Source: Deltaproteobacteria bacterium (lineage in GTDB: Bacteria; Bdellovibrionota_B; Oligoflexia; Oligoflexales; RGVZ01). From it: 37,312 nucleotides of DNA. Position numbers and translations under genes: made by a program. Below, piece by piece: positions 17,313 to 24,699 of this stretch. The notes under the pieces were generated by a model that was not told where the DNA came from, made no database searches, and was given only the letters and a program-made list of their open reading frames with translations. Location: positions 1-37,312 of the forward strand of contig JBEIGW010000001.1 in assembly GCA_040381655.1 (NCBI GenBank), in the 5' to 3' direction. Within the stretch, counting starts at the first letter, position 1. The number at the start of each line of letters is the position of its first letter.

Positions 17313-18476
17313 TTAGCTTTGTAGATGCGGGTTGCGATACTGGAACTCGGGCATACGGAGCTTGCGGCCCCATTTACTCTCAGTACAGTAGGCAAGAATC
17401 GCTTTACCGTAGGCTTTCCAGTGTGGTGCCGGGATTGCTCCGAGCGACCTGAGGAATGCCGTTGACTTGCGGTTATCGAATACAACGTTCGTACCGGAAA
17501 GGTAGTCATTGTAAACGGCCGCCAGTTCACACGTTCTCCAGAAATCCTCCGACATTAATCGGCGTAGCCAAGTTCCGCGAAGAAGCTTGAATACCCATAC
17601 CGGGATTAAAGGGCGACGTTGAATATTTGTCTGCTCGAATGCGTCGTTAAGAAGCTCATCGATACGAACGCCTTTTTCGGCGCCAGCGGTCAGATAGAAC
17701 GTCTTGCCGAGGCTCTTGCGAGTCATCATAATCTTGTACATTGAGTTGGCGACGAAGTCGACCGGGACAATGTCCAAGCGTGCCTTGCGGCTGCAAGGAA
17801 CGAACGGAATGATGTTTTTGGAGAGAAGTTGTAGCGGCCAGTAGAGCACTTTGAAGTGTGGAGTAAAGCCGTTACGTGAGTCACCAACCACGATCGATGG
17901 ACGATAAATCGTTGTTGGTAAAATTTGCTTGTAGTCACGAACAAGAAGCTCTGCTTCGAACTTACTTTGCTCATATGCGTTAGCGAAGCTCTGTGAACGG
18001 TCTAAGTCGTCCTCAGTTACGACGCCGGACTTGGTGCCAGCGACGAAAGCCGTAGAGACATAGTCGAATCTTTCGAGTTTGCCTTTTTCGCGGCAAACAA
18101 CTGCCAAGTCGAGTAACTTACGGGTTCCCTCGACGTTGATATGTCTGGATTCCTCGATCGGAGCAGCAAAGTCAGTGCTTGCGCCGATATGAAGGATGTG
18201 AGTACAGGAGTTTTCCAGGCGCTCGCGCGTGGTGGAGTCAAGTCCCATCGCGTCTAACGTCAAGTCGCCAGCAACGACCTCCATTTTCGACATCGCGAAA
18301 TCGCGGTCATTGGGTGCAAAAACTTTTTCTACGAGGCTGTTTAAGCGCTCTTTAGCAGGCTGCTTCGGTGAATCCCGAAGTAGTAATAAAATCTTTTTGA
18401 CTTTGTTGTCGCGAACTAGACTTGGTAGCATTGCTGCTCCCAGGAATCCGCTTCCACCTGTAACTAGAATTTCCAT
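17313..18476 (-). CDS. NAD(P)-dependent thioester / fatty-acyl reductase (NAD_binding_4, extended SDR)
   Basis: 387 aa from the ATG at 18476 (GGGAGG 6 nt upstream; the ORF is open to 18524). MEILVTGGSGFLG Rossmann motif, YVSTAFVAG and NAYEQSKFEAE (YxxxK). This is the pattern of fatty acyl-CoA/ACP reductases and NRPS/PKS terminal R domains. Confidence 0.75.
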   Translation of the reverse strand: MEILVTGGSGFLGAAMLPSLVRDNKVKKILLLLRDSPKQPAKERLNSLVEKVFAPNDRDFAMSKMEVVAGDLTLDAMGLDSTTRERLENSCTHILHIGASTDFAAPIEESRHINVEGTRKLLDLAVVCREKGKLERFDYVSTAFVAGTKSGVVTEDDLDRSQSFANAYEQSKFEAELLVRDYKQILPTTIYRPSIVVGDSRNGFTPHFKVLYWPLQLLSKNIIPFVPCSRKARLDIVPVDFVANSMYKIMMTRKSLGKTFYLTAGAEKGVRIDELLNDAFEQTNIQRRPLIPVWVFKLLRGTWLRRLMSEDFWRTCELAAVYNDYLSGTNVVFDNRKSTAFLRSLGAIPAPHWKAYGKAILAYCTESKWGRKLRMPEFQYRNPHLQS

Positions 18477-18546
18477 TGTTGCCTCCCGTTTTGCCCCGTA
18501 AAAACAATTATATTCACTGCACAATAATGCATTAAAACAGTTAAAC

Positions 18547-19728
18547 TTATTCCATCTCTACGATCATGCAGGAGTACTCTCCCCATGTGGATGACCGCAA
18601 TACGACTGCGGTTCGCTTGCCTGAATTAAACTCACCGCCAGTTTTTGTCTTGGATGTGCTAGGAACTGCTTTTTTCGCATAGCAGCTGGACAAGAAAGCG
18701 ATTTCAGCCAAACCGCCAGCTTCCATCATGTTGCCCCATCTAGATGCAGTAGACGCAATAGCAGGCTTGTTGGTTCCACTCCAGATCGTATCGATTGCAG
18801 TTTGCTCTGCGTTGTCGACTGATGCGAGACCAGACCCAGACGTCATCACAATGCCGATATCACTTGCTTGGATCTTCGCATTGGCCAAGGTTTGCTTGAT
18901 CAGGTCTGTCAAAACTGGACTCTGCGAATTGGTCTTATAAGGACCCATAGCATCGGTTGCAGCTGCGCAAGCTACCACTTTACAGATGGGCTTGGCACCG
19001 CGTTTTGTTGCGTTGGCACGCGTTTCGAGGGTGGCAAAAGCCGCGCCCTCGGCAATCGGTGTGCCATCGTAAAGACCGCGCTGTTTCATGGAGGAGATAA
19101 ACTCCTTGTTAGAGTGAGCGGTGTATCCGCCCACGACCGCGCAGTCAAGTCGGCCAAGGCGAAGGGCGCGAGTGGCACCCATGACTGCCATGTGAGAGCT
19201 CGTTTCCATAGTCGTATAGTTCGAGTTCGGACCACGAGCATCTAGCGTCTTTGCACCGTAGCACAAAACGTTATTAGGTAGACTTGTCAATAGAGTCGTA
19301 GGACTCGCTGACCGGAAGTTTTCACCGAAGGCCTTTTCGTTGAGAACCCCGTAAGCATCTACAGACGCCGTAACGGCTTCACTGTAGTTTTCAAGGTCAA
19401 CACACGAAGAGGGGGGAGCACCAACATAGAGTCCTGTACGATCAGGATTGATCGTTTGTGCTGATATCCCTGAGTTTTTAAGACAATCTTCCATAGCGAC
19501 TAGGCCCAAAACGTCGCGATGGGATACTGCTTTGACGACTTTGCGGTCAGTAAGATGCGGAGCTGGGTTAAAACCAACGACTTTGTAATCTTCGGAAGTC
19601 TTTTTTGCATTATCCTGATCAAATGACTGGACGTTGGCCTCAGCTCCAAGCCCTGTGGCTGTAAGCATGCCGACACCAGTGACCACGATGTCATCCGATT
19701 TTTGATTTGTATTCGTAGTAGTACTCAT
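18547..19728 (-). CDS. Beta-ketoacyl synthase-like protein lacking the Cys-His-His triad (chain-length-factor-like partner)
   Basis: 393 aa. Aligns by eye along its length with the adjacent KS. HTACASSG corresponds to TTMETSSH (Cys to Glu), NAHGTSTNLND to MTSGSGLASVD (His to Ser) and TTGHLISAAG to RWGNMMEAGG (His to Asn). Starts 3 nt after the KS stop. Confidence 0.8.
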   Translation of the reverse strand: MSTTTNTNQKSDDIVVTGVGMLTATGLGAEANVQSFDQDNAKKTSEDYKVVGFNPAPHLTDRKVVKAVSHRDVLGLVAMEDCLKNSGISAQTINPDRTGLYVGAPPSSCVDLENYSEAVTASVDAYGVLNEKAFGENFRSASPTTLLTSLPNNVLCYGAKTLDARGPNSNYTTMETSSHMAVMGATRALRLGRLDCAVVGGYTAHSNKEFISSMKQRGLYDGTPIAEGAAFATLETRANATKRGAKPICKVVACAAATDAMGPYKTNSQSPVLTDLIKQTLANAKIQASDIGIVMTSGSGLASVDNAEQTAIDTIWSGTNKPAIASTASRWGNMMEAGGLAEIAFLSSCYAKKAVPSTSKTKTGGEFNSGKRTAVVLRSSTWGEYSCMIVEME

Positions 19729-19731
19729 GAC

Positions 19732-20985
19732 TTAAACTCTCCTCGCAATAAGTGAGGTGTTAGATCCACCAAATCCGACCGAGTTAGACAAAGCATAGGA
19801 ACTTGTCATCGGTGTCGGTGTCGTCGGTGTTACGTTAATTTCACAGGCAGGATCCTGAGATTTAAGGTTAGTCGACGGCGGATATACTTGATGTTTTAGC
19901 GCCATCATGGCGACAGCAAACTCAATCGCACCAGCAGCGGAGATCAAATGCCCTGTGGTACTTTTTGTACTGGACACCTTGGTTGGACAGCTTGTTCTAT
20001 TGAAAACCTTGCTGATGGCAAGAGATTCAACCTTGTCATTCAGATTAGTTGAAGTCCCGTGTGCGTTAATGTAGCCAACTTCATGTGCCTTGATACCGGC
20101 GTCATCGAGAGCCATTTGCATAGACTCAATTACGCCGCGACCTTCAGGGTGAAGGTCAGTGATGCGGTATGCTGACTCCGTAACGCCGTATCCGCAGATT
20201 TCTCCAAGAATCGTTGCACCACGAGCTTTTGCATGCTCATATTCTTCGAAAACTAGCATGCAGGCGCCTTCGCCGAGTACGAAACCATCACGGTCCACGT
20301 CAAAAGGACGAGACGCTTGGGATGGATCGCTCACGCGAGTAGACAGTGCTCCAAGTAGACAGAATCCGGCCATTTGGAATGGGTTAATCATACAGTCAGC
20401 GCCACCTGTCATGACAACGTCATACTCGCCGGTGGCGATCATCTCATAAGCCTCACCAAGAGCTTGTCCTGAGGAGGCGCAAGCAGTGTGAATCGTTGAG
20501 GAAGCACCCTTCGCGCCTAACAGGTTAGCAACCATTGCTGTTAGTGTGCTGGGAAAGTTTTTTCTATGGTTTAAGGTAAATTCGTCACCCTCAAATTTCT
20601 CAGTTAAGTAAGAGCCGTGCTGCCAAGGTAGGCTTGTGCTTCCAACGCCAACACCCAAGCACACGGCAGTTTTTAGTGGGTTCAGTTTACCGTTCTTGAG
20701 AATATTGGCCTGCGTAGCGGCTTCAATTGCCGCGTTCCAACCAAATCGGCCTGCGCGGTTTAAAAGCTGGGAATTAGGATTGCCTTCGAGGCCCATTGTG
20801 TTCATTTTGAAATCTTTAACTTGATACGCAAAATTTGTTGGAAATTTTTCCGCGTCGAAGATCTCGACCGGCCCAACGTTCTTTTTGCCCTCTATGATAC
20901 CGTTCCATGTATCATTCATAGTGTTACCAGCTGGGGTTACAGCTCCCATTCCAGTGATCACTACTCTTTTTTTGTTTGTCTTCAT
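19732..20985 (-). CDS. Beta-ketoacyl-ACP synthase, KAS I/II (FabF/FabB-like), catalytically intact
   Basis: 417 aa. KKRVVITGMGAVTPAG, active-site HTACASSGQALGEA, YINAHGTSTNLND, STKSTTGHLISAAG and GFGGSNTSLI. Confidence 0.9.
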   Translation of the reverse strand: MKTNKKRVVITGMGAVTPAGNTMNDTWNGIIEGKKNVGPVEIFDAEKFPTNFAYQVKDFKMNTMGLEGNPNSQLLNRAGRFGWNAAIEAATQANILKNGKLNPLKTAVCLGVGVGSTSLPWQHGSYLTEKFEGDEFTLNHRKNFPSTLTAMVANLLGAKGASSTIHTACASSGQALGEAYEMIATGEYDVVMTGGADCMINPFQMAGFCLLGALSTRVSDPSQASRPFDVDRDGFVLGEGACMLVFEEYEHAKARGATILGEICGYGVTESAYRITDLHPEGRGVIESMQMALDDAGIKAHEVGYINAHGTSTNLNDKVESLAISKVFNRTSCPTKVSSTKSTTGHLISAAGAIEFAVAMMALKHQVYPPSTNLKSQDPACEINVTPTTPTPMTSSYALSNSVGFGGSNTSLIARRV

Positions 20986-21027
20986 AATCTGCCCCTTTTG
21001 TTTTCAACCTGTGCCGTCGCGCTTTTC

Positions 21028-21879
21028 CTATTGGCTCTGACGGTAGCGGTAACGCCCTCTCAAGATTCTTTTGTCATTCACCAATATTTCAGAGACTGTT
21101 TCAAACTCACTACCATTAGTTTCGGTGACTTTACTTTGAATGATCGCAGTGTCACCTGGTCTGATGAAGGACTTGATCTTCAAATCCTGAACAGCGATTG
21201 GATGAATGATGGTTTGCTTTGACGCATCCTTTGTCATCATGCGCCTGGTGGCTTCAGCAATCATCTCGTTGATTACGACAATCGGCGTTACAGGAAACCT
21301 TGGGAAGTGATCTGGATAGAACGGCTCGTTAGAGTTCATAACTCTAGCGGTTTTGATCGACTTTCCTGGATCCACTTCGAGAACTTGGTCCACTAGACCA
21401 GCAAAGTTAAACGCATCACTTGCCGGATTTGCCGGTAAACCACCGGCGCTTAAGGTTTCGAAGCGCTTACGGGTAACTTCAGGGTCTTCAAGCTCTGCCA
21501 GCGGCATGAAATATCCGCCGCATTCTTTAATTTCGACCACGGTCTTCCCGCCAACTTTGGCGGTACCGGAGAATATGAAGGAGTCTTCACTACGATTCGA
21601 AATCCAAGCTTCCAGGTCTACTGTGCCAGGAGCTGGGATCGAACCACTTAGGTCAATTTGGCTAGCAAACAAGAATACAGGACGGCCAGTGAACTTATTG
21701 TCACGTAAAGCCATCCACGAAACGAGCTGTCCGACTGCTTCGGAAACCACACTCGTCCTGATTTCAGTTTTATTTTCAGAGGACGTACGACGCCAAGGCT
21801 CACCGGCGGAAAAATCCACCTGGCCTTTGATTTTTTCTCCAGTGATGTCCTGGATTCGACTGACAAACAAGAATCTCAT
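21028..21879 (-). CDS. Double hot-dog 3-hydroxyacyl-ACP dehydratase (FabA/FabZ-like motif in the C-terminal half)
   Basis: 283 aa, about twice the length of FabZ. The C-terminal half carries EPFYPDHFPRFPVTPIVVINEMIAEA (FabZ/FabA-type HFPxxPxxP motif). The N-terminal half has no catalytic His motif that I can see. Confidence 0.65.
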   Translation of the reverse strand: MRFLFVSRIQDITGEKIKGQVDFSAGEPWRRTSSENKTEIRTSVVSEAVGQLVSWMALRDNKFTGRPVFLFASQIDLSGSIPAPGTVDLEAWISNRSEDSFIFSGTAKVGGKTVVEIKECGGYFMPLAELEDPEVTRKRFETLSAGGLPANPASDAFNFAGLVDQVLEVDPGKSIKTARVMNSNEPFYPDHFPRFPVTPIVVINEMIAEATRRMMTKDASKQTIIHPIAVQDLKIKSFIRPGDTAIIQSKVTETNGSEFETVSEILVNDKRILRGRYRYRQSQ

Positions 21880-21903
21880 AACCTTAATCCTTTTCCACTG
21901 CCG

Positions 21904-21930
21904 CCAACTACACCAACTACGCCAACTAAG
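21904..21930 (-). repeat. 3 x 9-bp tandem direct repeat in the ACP-dehydratase intercistronic region
   Basis: Plus strand CCAACTACA CCAACTACG CCAACTAAG. The mRNA sense reads CUUAGUUGG CGUAGUUGG UGUAGUUGG. Ends 25 nt upstream of the dehydratase ATG. Confidence 0.7.
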
Positions 21931-21953
21931 AGAGCCTGCTTCAGAATGGGCGG

Positions 21954-21973
21954 GCTAGGCCCGAAGGCCTAGC
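21954..21973 (-). promoter_or_regulatory. Intercistronic stem-loop with a UUCG tetraloop directly downstream of the ACP gene
   Basis: The mRNA sense reads GCUAGGCC-UUCG-GGCCUAGC (8-bp GC-rich stem). No U-tract follows, so it is not a classical terminator. Confidence 0.55.
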
Positions 21974-21995
21974 TCGCCAGAGAGGAATGGGTCGA

Positions 21996-22433
21996 TTAAA
22001 CCGTTGCGGTGGCAGCTTTCGCTTCACCAGCGTTGGTCGTGCTTGTCGGAGAATCTCCGAGTTGCTCAGCAACCATACGCTCGAAGGTCGCTACCGAGAA
22101 CAAGGTTGGGATATCCTTGACTCGAAGACCCGGCTTGATTTTATCAGCCGAAACTTCGGGCATTATTGTACGAAGACGCGCAAGTCCTTTTTCTTGCAGT
22201 ACGCCTTGTACTTCGAACTCGCCATCAGCGAGGTCGCCACGAGCTTTTTGCTCGATTTCACCCTTTGGAAGTTTAATTCCGAAGGTTTTTTCCAGACGGA
22301 AAACGATATCGAGGAAGTCGATACTTTCCGCGCCGAGGTCGGCCATCAGGTTGGCGTCACGAGTGACTTGCTCTTTTTCACAGTAAAGAGCCTCAACGAT
22401 GATGTCCTGGATTTTGTCGAATGTTGATTGCAT
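21996..22433 (-). CDS. Acyl carrier protein with a C-terminal extension of about 65 aa
   Basis: 145 aa from the ATG at 22433 (AAAGGAAG RBS; the ORF is open to 22508). MQSTFDKIQDIIVEAL...ANLMADLGAESIDFLDIVFRLEKTFGI has a PP-binding helix II motif with Ser in GAESID. The sequence continues well beyond the usual length of about 80 aa. Confidence 0.8.
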   Translation of the reverse strand: MQSTFDKIQDIIVEALYCEKEQVTRDANLMADLGAESIDFLDIVFRLEKTFGIKLPKGEIEQKARGDLADGEFEVQGVLQEKGLARLRTIMPEVSADKIKPGLRVKDIPTLFSVATFERMVAEQLGDSPTSTTNAGEAKAATATV

Positions 22434-22524
22434 GTTGTACTTCCTTTCTTGCCTTTTACCTAATTTAAGTAATTGAACCCTTGCCCCTATCGTTTCAACC
22501 GCGAGCATCCCCGCCAGTTGTAAC

Positions 22525-23274
22525 TTACAACTTAATACCGCCGTCGATGTGTACGACCTCGCCCGTCATGTATGACGTCAGGTCCGAAGCAAGAAATACC
22601 GCCATATTTGCGATATCTTCTGGCTTTCCAAAGCGCTTTAGCAGCACGCTCTCAAGGATCTTGTCGCCAGCAGCGTCACGAACATCCTTGCTCATCTCTG
22701 TCTCAATAACTCCTGGCGCTATACAGTTGACTCGAATGTTTCTTGGAGCCAACTCCACGGCCAACGCCTTCGTCATCGTCTCAATGCCGCCTTTCGAGGC
22801 TGCATAGTTGACCTGACCGCGACCAGGACGCGACGCAGCAACTGACGACACGTTAATGATGTTTCCGGATCTCTTGCGCATCATTTGACGGCTTACTGCT
22901 CGGGTTACGTAAAATGCGCCGCCAAGGTTCGTATTAATAACGTCTTGCCAGCCAGCATCTTCCATGGCCATCATGAGGTCGTCTTTAACGATGCCTGCAT
23001 TATTGATTAATACGTCGATCGGACCATGCTCGGCTTCAAGAGCCGCAACGCCGTCATCAACTTCTTTGGAGTTGCGGACGTCCATTTTGCAGGCGTGAGC
23101 TTTAAGTCCCTGAGATTTCAAGCCTCCGACAAAATCGTCGGCAGCCGATTTATTACTGACATAGGTGGCAATAACCGTAGCTCCAGCTTTCGCCAAAGCC
23201 TCCGTCATGGCGCGACCAATACCTCGCACTCCGCCCGTGATTAGGACGTTTTTACCTTGTAGAGATACTTGCAT
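22525..23274 (-). CDS. 3-oxoacyl-ACP reductase-type classical SDR (FabG-like ketoreductase)
   Basis: 249 aa from the ATG at 23274 (GGAGG 7 nt upstream). VLITGGVRGIGRA, NNAGI, SSVAA...YAASKGG (S-Y-K triad) and IRVNCIAPGVIETEM. Confidence 0.88.
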   Translation of the reverse strand: MQVSLQGKNVLITGGVRGIGRAMTEALAKAGATVIATYVSNKSAADDFVGGLKSQGLKAHACKMDVRNSKEVDDGVAALEAEHGPIDVLINNAGIVKDDLMMAMEDAGWQDVINTNLGGAFYVTRAVSRQMMRKRSGNIINVSSVAASRPGRGQVNYAASKGGIETMTKALAVELAPRNIRVNCIAPGVIETEMSKDVRDAAGDKILESVLLKRFGKPEDIANMAVFLASDLTSYMTGEVVHIDGGIKL

Positions 23275-23295
23275 TGGACCGCCTCCTGTAACCAC

Positions 23296-23669
23296 ACCGC
23301 TTCTAACAACTCAACGTCAGCTATTTCCCACTTTGAGGGTTTTCTCCCTCGATGTTTGAGTGTTTACGGGATAAGCAGTGCGGTTGCAAGCATAAAATGA
23401 TTTTAGGAGTGATTACATATGATTATATTTTATTAGAAATAGGTGAGACATTCTAAAAATGAGAATTTGATGAGAAGGAATTTGGTATCAAAAGTATACC
23501 AACCCCTTGAAATTCCTGGTGCGCTCTATAGGTCCAATAGAATTTTTTTATATTTATTTTTTAAGGAAATTAGGCAGTTAGGACAAAAAATAATGGTTTT
23601 TTATGAAACATTAAAGAGCGCTAATTGCCGAATTTATTTGCGTATGTCCCTGAATTTTATGGAACTATA
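23296..23669 (-). promoter_or_regulatory. Anomalously AT-rich leader/promoter region upstream of the KR-led operon
   Basis: My hand count for 23391-23670 gives about 29% G+C, against roughly 50% in flanking genes. Contains the inverted repeat TTGGTAT (23482-23488) / ATACCAA (23496-23502) and long A/T runs. Its only ORF (23443-23670, +) looks spurious. Confidence 0.5.
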
Positions 23670-23710
23670 AACAAAAAGAGGCGCCTGATCGGTCGGACGC
23701 CTCTTTTTTT
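23670..23710 (-). terminator. Bidirectional-looking rho-independent terminator downstream of fabI
   Basis: AGAGGCG (23677-23683) pairs with CGCCTCT (23698-23704). It is flanked by AAAAA on one side and TTTTTTT on the other. Lies 27 nt after the fabI stop. Confidence 0.75.
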
Positions 23711-23736
23711 GAAGCAATTAAACGACAAAGCTCAGC

Positions 23737-24546
23737 TTAATTTTTAGGCAATACGGCCCGACCAGGGCTTCCCATGACATGGTACCCGCAATCCACGTGA
23801 AGTGTTTCCCCCGTGGTTGCAGATGCAAGATCGCTAAGCAGGAATCCAGTTGAACGTCCTACTTCTTCAGCGGTAATGTTTCGCGCCATCGGTGCAATCG
23901 ATTCATACATCATCAACATGTCTGTCGCACCCACAGCTGATGAAGCTAGAGTTTTCACAGGGCCAGCGCTTACGGCATTGACTCGAATACCTCGTGGTCC
24001 CAAATCCCAAGCAAGATATTTTGTCGCAGATTCTAGCGCAGCTTTACACAGTCCCATGAGATTGTATCCACCAACGACACGCTCACCACCGTAGTAGGTC
24101 ATGGTCGCCATGGCACCACCCCGCTCCATGAGCGGCGCGGCGGCCCTGGCACATGCAATGAAGCTATAGCAGCTAATGTCCATGGCATTTAAAAATCCTG
24201 CGCGACTGGCATCAATCGTTGCACACTTTATGTCTTCCATGGGCGCATATGCGATGGAATGAACTAAAAAGTCGATCACACCAAAATGTTCTCTAACGTC
24301 TTTAAAGAAGCGAGTGATATCTTCGTCATTACTGACGTCACAAGGTTTTACAAATGTGATCCCGAGTGGCTCCGCCACCCTCATGACACGGCGAAGCATT
24401 TTTGGCGGACCGTCAGATTTGTCGGGTAGGTGGCTTAATCCAATTTCCGCGCCTTCTTTTTTAAGGAAATCGGCAACGCCAGCGGCCAGGGAGTGTTCGT
24501 TAGCAACCCCCATTATGATTCCTTTTTTACCGGTGAATAGTCCCAT
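23737..24546 (-). CDS. fabI: Enoyl-ACP reductase (NADH) FabI
   Basis: 269 aa. GKKGIIMGVANEHSLAAGVA and YYGGERVVGGYNLMGLCKAALES (Y-x6-K), then IRVNAVSAGPVKTLA. Confidence 0.9.
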   Translation of the reverse strand: MGLFTGKKGIIMGVANEHSLAAGVADFLKKEGAEIGLSHLPDKSDGPPKMLRRVMRVAEPLGITFVKPCDVSNDEDITRFFKDVREHFGVIDFLVHSIAYAPMEDIKCATIDASRAGFLNAMDISCYSFIACARAAAPLMERGGAMATMTYYGGERVVGGYNLMGLCKAALESATKYLAWDLGPRGIRVNAVSAGPVKTLASSAVGATDMLMMYESIAPMARNITAEEVGRSTGFLLSDLASATTGETLHVDCGYHVMGSPGRAVLPKN

Positions 24547-24699
24547 AAATTAACTCTCCATTTTATAACAGTTGAGCGGCATTAAAAGGTTTTGCCCAGG
24601 TAAGACGCGCAACGGAAATTGACTCACCACGGTAGCGGAGGAAAGGGGCCTGTACAAGACGAAATAATCTTTAGTGTGCAGTTGTGGTCTTAATCGTCA

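Noticed and set aside
23443-23670. 75-aa ORF on the plus strand inside the AT-rich island.
   Set aside because: It has no convincing RBS. Its composition is dominated by AT-rich codons (Asn/Lys/Ile/Phe/Leu/Tyr) and it runs into the fabI terminator. It is more likely non-coding regulatory DNA, and the region is reported as such.
19732-24546. Interpreting fabI + FabG-like + ACP + DH + KS as the housekeeping fatty-acid synthesis (fab) cluster.
   Set aside because: fabD, fabH and plsX are absent. The ACP is 145 aa, the dehydratase is a double hot-dog, and the second KS has no catalytic triad. The operon ends in a thioester reductase, and fabI is separated from it by its own terminator and an AT-rich gap of about 440 bp.
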